NCBI GenBank assembly: GCA_963733055.1
Contig: CAVTBR010000002.1
Coordinates: 1-64,000, forward strand
Origin: Candidatus Bathyarchaeota archaeon
Lineage (GTDB): Archaea; Thermoproteota; Bathyarchaeia; 40CM-2-53-6
DNA length: 64,000 bases
Direction: 5' to 3'
Both the position numbers and the translations under genes were made by a program. Positions 8,478 to 20,189 of this stretch are shown piece by piece (positions within the stretch are counted from its first letter, which is position 1; each line of letters opens with the position of its first letter). The notes below the pieces were generated by a model. The model saw only the letters and a program-made list of their open reading frames with translations, was not told the origin of the DNA and did no database searches.

Positions 8478-9735
8478 TTGCGTGCTGCCCGGCTCTCACT
8501 TTGCGTCGCGATGATGGCCCTCTTCCTCTCTGTCAGCATGTTCACCCCTCACGGTCTCGTGAGTCACGCGAACGAATCTTCCCGGCCACCAACCTTTCCC
8601 CAGCCGTTGCTCTCCGTAAACGATTCACAAACCAGCGGGCATCACGTTCAGATTGGCGCATGGGGAAATGAAGATTCAGTGGGCAATGCGGGAGTTCAAG
8701 TTGAGATTCAGACCAATTCCTACAACGTGTCCGGTCAAGATGCTTTCTGGGTTGGAGATGTCCTGAACAATGGCGCGTTCGTTCAATTCGGTTACTCGAT
8801 TCTCCCGCCAGGATACTACTGTTTATCGGGCATCGTAGCCTATAACGGAACGGGTTGCACGGGGACCACCGATAACGTGGGGTTCTCGGATGCGCGTTGG
8901 TTTTGGGAGTATTTCCCTAACATGCAGACGGTAGGTGATTGGTACTACGGATTCGGGCCCGCCAACTCTGTCGGTACGAATGGTACTTGGCACCTCTACT
9001 CGATTCTACCTAGCTCTTCAGGTGATTGGAGTTTTCAGCTCGATGGCGTGACAGTGTATTCCTCTAGCTTCCCATCCGCGACCTCTTCAGCTGCCGCCCA
9101 TGTCGTGGCGGAGAAAGCTGCGGGCTCATACCTAACCCAATTGGGTCCCGTGGAATTTCGCAACCTTGCTTACCTTGGCAATGACACTCTCTGGCACGGC
9201 ACATCCTCGTTGAACCCCATCGACGGATGCGGGTATGGGGACAGCTTGCCTTGCAACATGATTACTCCTTACGGAGTTGCGGCGGTTGGAGCGAATGACA
9301 TCGTCGCCGGGTCTAACGTATCAGCTCCGGTGGTCGATCAACCTATTTGGACTCGTCAGTCTTCCTGTTCGATGTACACTACCTTGACCGGCGCTGCGGC
9401 GGTTGGCACGGCTCCGATGAACGTTACGTTCACTGAATCTGTCTCTGCGCCGGCGTGGAAACGTGAGTACGGATTGGTGGTTCGGGGACGGGTCGTATCA
9501 ACATGGGAACTCTAGTCAGACAGTCACTTACCGTACCCCAGGAAACTATACTCCCCTCGTCCGCGTCCTAGATTCTGCGGGTTGTTTGAGCGAGGCAACG
9601 GGCAGCGTGTCCGTCGCCCCAAGCACCGGAACGTCAGTCGGAACTATTGCATTCTCACCCTTCTGGATTCCTGTCAAGGTGAGCGCAATGGCTGCGGTCG
9701 CGGCGACGTTAGTGCTCCGGAAAGCGCCGGTATAG
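8478..9735 (+). CDS. Secreted/surface protein with C-terminal PKD-like domain and TM anchor (frameshift near 9450)
   Basis: Signal peptide; removing one base at about 9450 joins GTAPMNVTF with WWFGDG...TYRTPGNYT (PKD motif) and a TM tail. Confidence 0.7.
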
Positions 9736-9759
9736 GCGCTTCAAAAGCACTCGATCAGT

Positions 9760-11929
9760 TTAGTTGAACTCGCCGCGTGCGAGCACCGGCGCGATTTTGT
9801 TGGAAGTGACGGTTGCTGATAGCATCATTGTTGACAGCACGAGCGCTGCAGATGAGATCATTAGTACTGGCGATGAGCCTGCGAATTCACCGATGGCTAA
9901 CCCCAGACCGCTCGAGAGGACTGCGGCCAGAAGCAACCTCGCTAGGTGTCTTCCGACGGAAGCTCCTCTGAAACGTTTGACTTTCGCTCGTACGAGGCTT
10001 ATGGGTAGGCCTAGGTAGAAGGCTCCAATCAACCCGCTCGCGAGGAGGCCAGCGAAGGTGATCGCTAGTTCGGGTGAGGCGCTGGTGGCTTGGAAGGTTC
10101 TGTATGACAGGGTTAGGATTCCGACCAGTGGGTATAGCAGGGCTTGCATGAATGTGCGTTCGACCCAGTGGCTGGCGATGTAGTTCGCGACGGGTGGGCT
10201 GAAGGAGTAGTACCACGCGATTGAACGCGAGCATGAAGCTCGATCCTGCGCTAGTTCTCATGATTGAATTATCGCGGAAGTTGCGGAGCACTTGGACTTG
10301 TGATGCAACCGCCGAGCCGTAGGTGGCTGTGGCGATTATGCATGATGGGCCCTGGGTGTTTACTTGTAGTGTTATGTCGGTGCTATGGCTTGCGGATCCG
10401 CTTGTGCCCGTCACTTGGAGTACGAAGGTTCCAGTCGACCCTGTCGAGGAAGTTGCGAAGCTAACAGGCGAGCTGCCTTGACCGCTGGGTGGGGGTGTTA
10501 CTGTTTGCGGGATAGTGACTGCGATGCCTGTGGGGGCGTTTCCGACCCAGGACGTGGAGAAGGCTACGGGTGAACTGAACCCTCCAACCGAATTAACAAT
10601 AACGTTCGTTGAGGCACTGAGGCCCGGTATGACGGAAACCGTTGCCGAACTTGGTGCGATGTTGAAGTCCGGAGCGGCGGCTGCGACTGGGGCGAAGACG
10701 GAGGGTGTACCCGCGATTGCGACATTGATATCGGTTGTGTGCGAGACCGCACCATCCGTGGCGGTCACTGCGAGAGTGTAGCTGCCGGTTGAAGGGGCGT
10801 TGTCAGCGTTGATAGTTAGCGTTGAAGTTGCTGTGCCGCCCGTCGGGACAGTTACGGGGCTAGGCAGACTGAAACTAACTCCACCCGGGGCTGCTCCAAC
10901 CCACGCGGTGGCCAAGCTCACTTGGCCATTGAATCCATTTATCGATGAAATGGTTACCGTCGAGTATTTTGTACCGTCCGGCGTTAGGGTAATTGTATTA
11001 GGGGTTGGCTGGAATCCGAAGTCGGCTGCAACTCCGCTCGTTATCAGAGTGCCGCTCCCCGATACGATCACTTGGAGGGTGGCTGCGTGCGCTATTGCGC
11101 CGCTTGTAGCGGTCACTTTGAATGGATACGTTCCAGGTGCTACGGTTCCTGAGACGAAGATGGTGAGCGTGGGTGACGACGTGCCTCCGGCTGAGGTCTC
11201 AACCTTGCTCGGCCCGTTGAAGGAAGCCGTCACACCAGGTGGCGCAGAAAAGGTGAGCGCGACAGGGGAAGCGAAGTTGTCTAGCGAAGCCACGAATACG
11301 TTAAGACTGCCAGATGCTCCCTGTGCGATTCCAATGCCTGTTGTTGAGAAGGCTATTGAGAAATCACCGTTGTATTCGATGAATCCCCAAGAGTTAGCCT
11401 GGCATTGGCCCGCTGCGTAACCGCACCCATTCGTGTATGGTGATGAGCATGCGTCCCATTTGATTAGAGACGATCCAGAATTATCTTTCAGGTCAAGTGC
11501 GTAGACCGCGCCTGGAGTTACAGGTATGCCGCTCGGAAATTGTACTTGGAGCCAGTCACCAGTCGGTTGGCCGAATTGAGCTGGCACAGTAAAGTCAACG
11601 GAACCCACTAAAGTCCCCTCGATTCCATTCACGCCGGCTACTCCATTGGAGATTATGTTCGCGGTCATCGGTGTGGGGACAGCATTGTCTGATCGTAAGT
11701 GAAGCGCGAACCCTACAATCGATGATTGGGTTGGAATGAACGTTTGGCCAGCGGGTGAGTGTACGCCGACGCCGTCAAGGTAGGAACCCCCAATCGAAGA
11801 ACATTGCTGGTCGGCAGCGGGGGCCGCATTCACAGTGGACACAGTCAGGAACAATGAGGCTACAATTAGAAGTAAGGCTACTGTCGCTAACGTCGGTCTT
11901 GCATATCCAAGTTTCGACATCTGAATCAA
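9760..11929 (-). CDS. Large surface protein with internal repeats and a CFI-box-CTERM domain (frameshift near 10220)
   Basis: Signal peptide; three repeats DF...V.S..(G/N)F...V.L; CIIATATYGS...LRNFRD...FN-AWYYSFSP restored by deleting one base; continues into ORF 9760-10149. Confidence 0.8.
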
Positions 11930-12097
11930 CAGATACCATAATGTCGCCTCCTGAATTATTCCTGATTACACCATTTCCACTTCCAGGCTCAAATTTCCAC
12001 CAAGGTACATTAAGGAACCCACCCGGAAATCGCCCTCACCCCAGAACGAAAATCGGCGGGTTCTCGTGAAGATGGATGTGTTACAGCGTAGGTGTGG

Positions 12098-13483
12098 CTA
12101 GATGGCCTCTACCACTTCTGCGCGCTTATCGTATCCCTTAACGTATCCTATGATTTCCTTGAATGCCTCTAAGTGATCCTCGATCTCTTCCTTGGTATGG
12201 ACGACCGACACAGTCCACTGTTCATCTGGTGATGGGCCGGCCGGGATTATTCCACGGTTCATCATTGCGAAGCAGTAGGCGAACCATTTCCCGGTATCGC
12301 ACGCCTGGAAACTTCGCCAGTCCGTTACTGGTTTCGTGGAAAAGGCGATCGCCCCGCTCAGGCCTGCTTGGGACATTTGGGCGGTAAGGCCGTCGTCGTC
12401 GATGACGTCCTGGTATCCCTTAGCCAGGGTTTGACTAAGCCTAGCGGCCCTCTGCATCGCGTTCTTCGTTAGCACTTTCGATAAGGTCGCAATCCCCGCA
12501 GCAACACATAACGGGTTCGAATTGAAGGTCCCCGCATGACTGACTACCCCAGGGACTATGGTTTCCATTATCTTCCGCTTCCCAGCCACCCCTGCTATAG
12601 GAACCCCGCCGCCTATCGCCTTGCCCAACGTAATCAGGTCAGGCTGGACGTTGACGAAGTCTCGCATCCCTCCGTAGAACTTTCCACAAGTCTTGATCTC
12701 GTCAAAGATCAGCACGAATCCGTAATCGTCAGCGAGCTTTCTCAATCCCTCGAGAAAGCCCGGTTTCGGTAGAATGAAGCCCATATTCATTGGGATGGGT
12801 TCAAGAATCATTCCGGCAACGTTCGCTCTATTGTTTCGCACTATCTCTTCGACCGCCGCTAAATCGTTGAATGGTGCAACCAGCGTGTTCTTGTAGACAC
12901 CTTCTGGCAGTCCCGTTGAAGAGGGCACGATGTTGGGCGCTCTGGGGTCGCCTTCCTTAGCTTGTGATGGTTTTACGCTGACTATGAGCGTCTCGTTTCC
13001 GCCGTGGTAGCAACCCTCAAACTTGATGATCTTATCCCTCCCCGTGAAACTTCTCGCAAACCTCGTAGCGTACATAGTCGCCTCGGCCCCGGTGTTCGCC
13101 AACTTGAGCTGGTCAACACCGAACCGATCGCAAATCATTCGGGCAAACTTGGGGGTCTCTTCCCATTCGAATCCAAAGTCCGTTCCCCTCGCCGCTTGTT
13201 CCTTGATCGCCTTAACGACGAGCGGATGAGCGTGGCCAGCGACTAGCACGCCGAAACCCATGTTGTAGTCGGTGTACTCGTTCCCATCTACGTCCCATAG
13301 CCTGGTTCCTTTGGCACGGGCGAAATAGAGGGGGTAAGGGTCGGAAAACCTGTAATTGCTGTGAACTCCGAAGGGCACGTCGTTCTTCGCCTTCTGGTAG
13401 ATTACTTTCGACTTGGGCGTTCGCTTCTCAAACGTTCTGGTTTCTTGATCTTCCACCGCGGCCATGAATAACTCCGCCTCCAA
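12098..13483 (-). CDS. Class III PLP aminotransferase (glutamate-1-semialdehyde aminomutase-like)
   Basis: WDVDGNEYTDY, NTGAEA, FEGCYHG, FDEIKT, LGKAIGGG and HAGTFN motifs. Confidence 0.9.
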   Translation of the reverse strand: MEAELFMAAVEDQETRTFEKRTPKSKVIYQKAKNDVPFGVHSNYRFSDPYPLYFARAKGTRLWDVDGNEYTDYNMGFGVLVAGHAHPLVVKAIKEQAARGTDFGFEWEETPKFARMICDRFGVDQLKLANTGAEATMYATRFARSFTGRDKIIKFEGCYHGGNETLIVSVKPSQAKEGDPRAPNIVPSSTGLPEGVYKNTLVAPFNDLAAVEEIVRNNRANVAGMILEPIPMNMGFILPKPGFLEGLRKLADDYGFVLIFDEIKTCGKFYGGMRDFVNVQPDLITLGKAIGGGVPIAGVAGKRKIMETIVPGVVSHAGTFNSNPLCVAAGIATLSKVLTKNAMQRAARLSQTLAKGYQDVIDDDGLTAQMSQAGLSGAIAFSTKPVTDWRSFQACDTGKWFAYCFAMMNRGIIPAGPSPDEQWTVSVVHTKEEIEDHLEAFKEIIGYVKGYDKRAEVVEAI

Positions 13484-13618
13484 TCCTCACGCATCATCTA
13501 TAAGTTGTCTGCAAAGTTTGTAATTGCCAGTCTAGAAAGCAATTACAGCATACGCTTTCGAAGACCACCGCACCAGACCAACGATTGAGGCTGGTATCGA
13601 ACATTGGTTCGTGTCCGG

Positions 13619-15188
13619 TTACTCTGGCGGGATCTCTTTGAAGACCAAGTCCAAAGGTAGACCTTTGCTTCGCGCTCTGAGGTAGCCCACGACCAGAACT
13701 ATAGCGCCCAGCAGGTAAATTGTCCCATACATTGTCTCAGAGAACGAATCAATAGGTAGCGTTCCTGACTGGCTTGCAAGGTATGTTGAATAGATTAAGT
13801 AAATGGCCGAGCCGAGCCCCAGCCAGCTGATCAGCGGAATGATGAATTTTTTCTTCGCTACGAAACTGTTCTCGTATACCGCCTTCTTTCTGTAGGGGAA
13901 AACGATCGCCGCGATGGCGGGGATTATAAAACCGAACGAGAACATTGTGAAAGCCAACGTGGCGAATTCCCCGGAGTTCGGTAGATAAGCCATCAACCCC
14001 GCGGCTATCAGTCCTCCGATCGTGACGATGATCGTGGCGACGATGGGCGTGTGGAATCTTTCGTTCACCGATGCAATCTTCTCCGGAAGGATCCTATCGA
14101 ACGCCCACGCAAACAAATACCTGGTCTGCGCGATTATGAGAGGTGGGAACTCGAAGAAGATTGGCAACCACAAAGCCAGGAACATTGTCACGTAAAGCGC
14201 CGGGTTGTTGTAGACAATCAACGCGAAGAAGGGTATGAAGCCCCCAACCCCCGGGATTGGCGATGCGCCTGTTGCAGCAAGGCTGCTCCAATTATCGAGG
14301 AATGGTTGTCCGAAGGCGTGTGTTACTAGTATCGAGAATGCTATGTAGTAAACAGCGATGGCGGCGATCGCAACAAGGATTGCGATGGGCATTGATTTCT
14401 TGACGTTCTTCATTTCTCCGCTCCAGGTTGTGGGGAGGTTGTACCATGTGTATGCGAACCACACGAACGGAAGCGCAGCCAGCGGTTGCGAGCATGGTAT
14501 TAGGTGGGGGCGTGAGTCCGCCTTGTTGAATTACGCTCTGATAAGCTGTTGAGTTACTCATGAATGAATTGTACGAGGCGGCAAACGTATCCTGATTGAT
14601 CATCGCTAAGGCCCCGAACATTACAACCGTAGCGACTAGAGACACAACGCCCGCCCAGAAGACCATCGTCCAAGTGTAGCGTGGCCTAATCATCGACAAT
14701 ACGCTTGAAATCAGAATAACCGAAGCAGCCAAGGCGAATGACGGACCTGAAGAGGCCAGAAACGCCCCCACGTTGGCAGCGCCCACGGAATGATAGAAGG
14801 CCCCAACGCCTGCAAGCACATATCCAAAATAGGTTCCCGTGTAGTACGAAAAGATGCCGAGGTTAAGTACGAAGGCAATTGCAACCCCCCAATAATTGAG
14901 GAAGCCCACGTAAGGATTCAAACCCCTTGTCGTGAACACGTAGTCTCCACCGGACCTTGGCATCGAGATCCCAATTATCGTAAAAAGGCCAGCCATCAAG
15001 AAGCTTGGAAGGACTGCGATCAAGTAGGCTAAAGGCCAGTTGGCGCCGGGGGCAGTGTACATTATCGCAACCCACAGGACAGGCACCCCTCCAGTAACAA
15101 GCGCAAGAACGGCCATGAAGGATGACCACGCGCCTACTTCACGAACTAGACCTGTTGCTTCTCGCACAAAGACAGGTGGTTTTTCCAA
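13619..15188 (-). CDS. APC-family amino acid/amine permease (frameshift near 14480)
   Basis: FVREATGLVRE, MPRSGGDYV, SGEMK and FAWAFDRILP motifs; two overlapping ORFs join after removing one base. Confidence 0.85.
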
Positions 15189-15370
15189 ATTCGAAATCTC
15201 CTAAGATAAAACCTAACAAGTTGAGCTGGTTTTCGATATTTATCACTATGGAAAATTCAACGCCAAACGTGACTTACGGTAAGTACTTACAGGGACTCCT
15301 TGCGGACGGAATTTCTGAGACAGGAAATATATTCCCGAAATCTGCGCAAAATAGCGTAAGGCGAATTAAG

Positions 15371-16327
15371 TCATCCTTGAGTGAGGAGATGACTCTTCAC
15401 TCCCTTCTCGTCGAAGTTCAGAAGGGCACCCCGCAAGATTCCCTCTCCATACTCGCTTCCCGGGTTTATGCACAGTGTACGCCCGATCCGGGTAAACCCC
15501 CGTGCTTCGTGAATGTGCCCATGCAATCCTAATAGGGGCTGATGCTTGGCGATCACCTCCCTCACTGCTTTGCTGCCGACATGAATCATACTAACTGCTC
15601 CTCCGCTCTTGACAACTGGTTTCAGCGTCTTGTCTAATTCGGGGGCCTCATCAAGCGGGGTATCATATGGCGGACAATGCAGGTTGAAGATGCAGGAATC
15701 CATGCGAGTAACTTTCGAGATCATCTTGCCGAAGATGTCGCCCAGCTTTTCCTCGGTCGTCTCTCGGGGACTGTTCCAAGGTGTAACGTTTGTCCATCCA
15801 CTCGTGATCATCTCATGGTGCGGGTCAACCCAGACAACCTCGTCCTCGGGGTTGAGCACTATTGACGACGACTTCAAAACCTCATCAATGTTGAATCGAT
15901 CATCGTTACCAGGGCTGATGTAACACTTGACCCCCGTTCCCTTGAGCCGTTCTTCCGCGATGGAAATCCATCGCTTTATCCCATCCGCCATCAGGCTAGA
16001 GAACAGTTCGTCCAGCTTCTTCTTGTCTGCTTGAAGTTCCACCACCTCGGACGAAGTTGTCCGATAAGGGTAGTACCCGGTGTAGCGAATCGTCTTCTCC
16101 AACTCCTGTCTCTCGGAATCTGTCTTCATAATACGAGACGTTCCAAGAAACGTTGCCGCAAAAGTTCCATCGGGTTGGTCGACAATGGGAACTATCATCT
16201 TCCCAGTTATGTCACCCCCCAAGATGAGCACATTCGCACGATAGGCTTTCGCGGAATTAACGAACTTCATGAAACAAGTGTCGGAACCGTGAACGTCAGA
16301 AGTAAAGTAGACCCTAGTCAGTGCCAT
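15371..16327 (-). CDS. Icc-related metallophosphoesterase, copy 1
   Basis: SDVHG, GGDITGK, PGNDD, HCPP, GLHGHIHE and NPGSEY motifs. Confidence 0.9.
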   Translation of the reverse strand: MALTRVYFTSDVHGSDTCFMKFVNSAKAYRANVLILGGDITGKMIVPIVDQPDGTFAATFLGTSRIMKTDSERQELEKTIRYTGYYPYRTTSSEVVELQADKKKLDELFSSLMADGIKRWISIAEERLKGTGVKCYISPGNDDRFNIDEVLKSSSIVLNPEDEVVWVDPHHEMITSGWTNVTPWNSPRETTEEKLGDIFGKMISKVTRMDSCIFNLHCPPYDTPLDEAPELDKTLKPVVKSGGAVSMIHVGSKAVREVIAKHQPLLGLHGHIHEARGFTRIGRTLCINPGSEYGEGILRGALLNFDEKGVKSHLLTQG

Positions 16328-16454
16328 ATTTTTGCAGCCTGCGCCTTCACGCTTTTAACTGATTGGCCCAAGCTCGGACAAGGTTTTTACTTGCTCAAGA
16401 TTTGAACGGCGAATTTATCACCAATCAAACACGTCAGTAGGCAAGGCGCTTTCA

Positions 16455-17936
16455 ATGACAATTTTGTCCGAGGTTTCCTACCGGCCAAGCCAGCTACCAT
16501 TACTGATCGATGGCCAGTGGATCGAATCTAATTCAACCGAACATATGCCAGTCATGAATCCGGCAACCGGGCAGGTTCTCACTCAGGTTCCTTTGACTCC
16601 AAAAGAGGAAGTTGATAGGGCTGTAGTTTCAGCCCAGACGGCTTTTGAGAAGTGGAGAAATATCTCCGTTCCTGAGAGAGCTCAGTATCTATTTCGAATA
16701 AAGCAGGTCTTCGAAGAACACCTAGAAGATTTTGCCAGGGTTAACACGCAAAACCACGGGAAGACAATCGTTGAAAGTCGTGGCGACGTCAGGCGCACGA
16801 TTGAGAATATTGAGGCTGCGATAGGCGCGGCTTACACGCTCGCGAAAGGCGAGAAACTTGACCAGGTTGCCAATGGGGTGGATGAGGAGACCGTTAAGGA
16901 ACCTCTCGGAGTTTTCGGAATAATCTGCCCGTTCAACTTCCCCGTGATGGTACCCTTCTGGTTCATGCCGTATGCGATCGTGCTGGGTTGCACAGTCGTC
17001 GTGAAACCCAGCGAAATCACGCCCCTGCCCATGGCCTACATTGCAGAAACGCTCCAACGCGAAGCGAAACTACCCCCCGGAGTGCTCAATTTGGTGCATG
17101 GGAGCAAGGAAACAACTGAGGCACTCATCTCTCATCAATTGGTAAAGGGAGTGACTTTCGTAGGTTCGACACCCGTTGGCCGATACGTGTACAAGCTTGC
17201 CGGCGAATACGGAAAGAGAGCCATCGTTCAAGCAGGCGCAAAGAATCCCATCGTCGTGATGCCTGACGCGGACCTCCCCCACGCCGTCGAAGCCTGTAAT
17301 TCCTCATTCTTCGGAAACACGGGCCAAAGATGCTTAGCCGGAGCCAACCTGATCGCTATTGGTCCGATTCACGACACCTTTCTCAAGAAATTCGTGGGTA
17401 CAGCAGAAAAGATACGGTTGGGCTACGGGTTAGATGAGTCTACGCAAATGGGACCGATGGTGTCCGCGAAGTCGAAGGAACGAGTTCTCAAGTATATTGA
17501 CATCGGAACATCAGAAGGAGCTACTGTCGCGCTGGACGGAAGAAAGGCTCGCGTCCCGGGTTATGAGAGAGGATTCTTCATCGGACCTTCGATATTCGAT
17601 GACGTGAGTAACGAGATGAAAATCGCCAGGGAGGAGATCTTTGGTCCCGTCGCCAGCGTTGTGGAAGTTGAAAACTTGGACGAAGCGATAAAGTGGATCA
17701 ACACTAACGCTGAATTCGGAAACGCAGCCAGCATCTTCACGCGTGATGGCGCAAACGCTAGGGAATTTCGGCGAAGGGTTCAAGCGGGGAACATTGGCAT
17801 AAATGTAGGAGTGGCTGCCCCGGTCGGATACTTCCCGTTCGGAGGGATGAGAGATTCATTCTTCGGAGTCTTGCACGGCCAGATGGAGTCCGTCGATTTC
17901 TTCACCGACCGGAAAGTCGTCATTAGCAGATGGTGA
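16455..17936 (+). CDS. mmsA: CoA-acylating methylmalonate-semialdehyde dehydrogenase
   Basis: PFNFP, KPSE, FVGSTPVG, GAKNP, GQRCLA, EIFGPV and FGGMRDSFFG motifs. Confidence 0.85.
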   Translation: MTILSEVSYRPSQLPLLIDGQWIESNSTEHMPVMNPATGQVLTQVPLTPKEEVDRAVVSAQTAFEKWRNISVPERAQYLFRIKQVFEEHLEDFARVNTQNHGKTIVESRGDVRRTIENIEAAIGAAYTLAKGEKLDQVANGVDEETVKEPLGVFGIICPFNFPVMVPFWFMPYAIVLGCTVVVKPSEITPLPMAYIAETLQREAKLPPGVLNLVHGSKETTEALISHQLVKGVTFVGSTPVGRYVYKLAGEYGKRAIVQAGAKNPIVVMPDADLPHAVEACNSSFFGNTGQRCLAGANLIAIGPIHDTFLKKFVGTAEKIRLGYGLDESTQMGPMVSAKSKERVLKYIDIGTSEGATVALDGRKARVPGYERGFFIGPSIFDDVSNEMKIAREEIFGPVASVVEVENLDEAIKWINTNAEFGNAASIFTRDGANAREFRRRVQAGNIGINVGVAAPVGYFPFGGMRDSFFGVLHGQMESVDFFTDRKVVISRW

Positions 17937-18528
17937 TAATCATTGGAGAAAATCCGACCTGCAGCATCTAGCCGTCAGCGTACCGGTCGTCAGGCCTACG
18001 CCTTAGAAAGTAGGTGTTGCAGGTAGGTCACTGCGACGTGAACGAAATTCGAAAGCGTATTCCAAATCATGTTCAGTGCACTAAGGATCGTGGTAGTCCA
18101 ATCCATTCACTTCACCTCCACTTGACCTATGGAGGGGTTTTTCATAGGGCAAAAATAAGACTAATTCTACTAAGTAGAATGGAGCAAGCCCTCGTTGCTC
18201 TGCCCGTTTAAGTGGGTTTCGAAGCGCACTCTATTGTTCTATTCGAAGTGGACGTAGTGACAGTTGCAGAAACACAGCGCCCATGTGCACGCATCATGGT
18301 CGTTCTCACCACATTGGTTACTCATGTGTTTTCAAATGTATAGTGTTGTCTTTAGCTAAAAGTAACTTTTGGCCGTCGCAAATGCAAGATGAGAGCCGAC
18401 TGTTCCAATCCAATTTAACCGCCCCATCCAAAGACCGATTTTCCAAGCAGATATCCATTCACATGAAAATCACGGGCAGGAAAGGCGTGTTTAAATCCGC
18501 GAAAACCACTGATTTTGGTTGATGAAAA

Positions 18529-18948
18529 ATGGTACACGTATCAGATGAAGGCATGTTCGACGCACCCGTAGAAAAGATTTGGCGCTTTCTCAACGACGAC
18601 AACAGCCACCAACACAGTTCCCTCAAATTCTCAAAAGTACTAGAACAGAATGACAAGGGCATGACCACTGAGGTTGATATCATGAGACCCGGCGAGCCAT
18701 CGCACAAGGAAACCTGGAAAATGAGCTTCAATCCCCCGAAGGGATTTAGCCTAGAAATTACTAGCGGCCCAATGAAGGGCACAAAACACAGCCACACATA
18801 CACCCCGATGGGAAACAAGACAAAGGTTGTTGTCGAGGGCGAATTCGTCGCTCAAGGTATGGATGATGCATCACTCAAGAAAGCCGTCCTTGGGATGTTT
18901 GAACAAGTCTTCAACGAAGACTCTGCGAGCCTGAAAAACTTCAAGTAA
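18529..18948 (+). CDS. SRPBCC/START-like protein
   Basis: FDAPVEKIW N-terminal motif and C-terminal helix; TTTAAA upstream. Confidence 0.7.
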   Translation: MVHVSDEGMFDAPVEKIWRFLNDDNSHQHSSLKFSKVLEQNDKGMTTEVDIMRPGEPSHKETWKMSFNPPKGFSLEITSGPMKGTKHSHTYTPMGNKTKVVVEGEFVAQGMDDASLKKAVLGMFEQVFNEDSASLKNFK

Positions 18949-18995
18949 ATCACGAACGCACGAACCAGGCATACCTCTAACTTCCCCAATCTTTC

Positions 18996-20027
18996 TTACA
19001 AACTTCTACTCGCTAGAAATTCTGACACTTCGACGAGTCTCGGCAATCGTCTGGTTCTACTTTTGAGGTATAGGTACGCACAGGCATTCGCAAAGATCAA
19101 CCTATCTTGAGCTTGGAAATCGAGAAGGTGTCCGACGATGTCTCCCGCATCCCAGATGTCTCCTGCCCCCGTAACGAAACCCGGTACCTTGCCAAACACC
19201 CCAACCCAAGTTTGGCCCCGATCGGTTGAGGACACAGAGCCAATCGGAGTGTGTACGTCCAAAGTGACCCCAAGCATATTCTGGAGGTCGTCTGCGACTT
19301 TCAGTAAATCCTGCCTCTTGTAGTTCCACGCTAACCGACCAGCGGAAAGGACACGAGCCATAACCCGGGTTTCGTTCTCATTTAGGCTTACCACGTCAAC
19401 CCGACCTCGTTCAATAATTTCCTTCGCAAGTATCTTGACGCGCCTTTCAGCTCCGTCGAGATCTGCGGGGTCAAGGAAATTGAGTCTCCCCTTCCGGCCA
19501 TCCAACTCGAACATCTTCCTGGCGAGCGTGTTCCCCTTCCTGTTGGCCGACCAGTTCACGAGGGCTATGCAATTCGACCTCTTCAAACCTACCAAGTCGC
19601 CGTGACTGAGCCTTCGCCCGTCAAATTCTCTTATGCCACCAACGTCACTTATCATCACGTTCACCGGTTTGCGCTTCAAACTGAATTCGAGAGCCGTTGT
19701 GTGGCCTGGCTTGCCTGGAATAACTCTCACACGACAGTTGCAGGGATGGTTTGAGAGCACGGTTTGGGTGTGTTCATCTCCGACACAGTAGAGGGTCGTT
19801 TTGACGGACAATGATGCTAGAGCAAAGGCGAGATTCGCGGCGTTCCCGCCTCTGACATCAGTCTGCGCGAAACCCCGCAAATTTCCACCGCCCGACTGGG
19901 CTTTCAGTTTCGCTTGGCGGAATAGCTTGTCGAGAGAGGGCACCGAGATGATCCTGTCAAAGAAGAAGTCTGGTAAGACCGACACTTTGAATTTCGAAAT
20001 CTCGCTCCCGACGTTCATCTTGTCCAC
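18996..20027 (-). CDS. PfkB-family carbohydrate kinase
   Basis: GGNAAN, SLNENE and TGAGDIWDAG motifs. Confidence 0.85.
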   Translation of the reverse strand: MDKMNVGSEISKFKVSVLPDFFFDRIISVPSLDKLFRQAKLKAQSGGGNLRGFAQTDVRGGNAANLAFALASLSVKTTLYCVGDEHTQTVLSNHPCNCRVRVIPGKPGHTTALEFSLKRKPVNVMISDVGGIREFDGRRLSHGDLVGLKRSNCIALVNWSANRKGNTLARKMFELDGRKGRLNFLDPADLDGAERRVKILAKEIIERGRVDVVSLNENETRVMARVLSAGRLAWNYKRQDLLKVADDLQNMLGVTLDVHTPIGSVSSTDRGQTWVGVFGKVPGFVTGAGDIWDAGDIVGHLLDFQAQDRLIFANACAYLYLKSRTRRLPRLVEVSEFLASRSL

Positions 20028-20189
20028 TTCAGGGTTGAAAGCGGTTTAGTAGCATCTCCGTCAGCCGTTACTTGACTGAAATGGTCGTCTTCCGTTTTCT
20101 CTTAGGCTTTCTTGTCCGCTCCAAAAGGTAGCCGAATAGACGACTCACCATCCCACATCGCTCGCCAGAGTTCGAATGCTCTCTTCGAG

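Noticed and set aside
12098-13483. Assignment as hemL
   Set aside because: No tetrapyrrole genes are nearby and it sits behind a permease, so a catabolic paralog is at least as likely; no gene symbol was given.
17940-18520. Long intergenic region with short ORFs, possibly another transposase remnant or an ncRNA
   Set aside because: No translatable match to the transposase and no clear structure was found.
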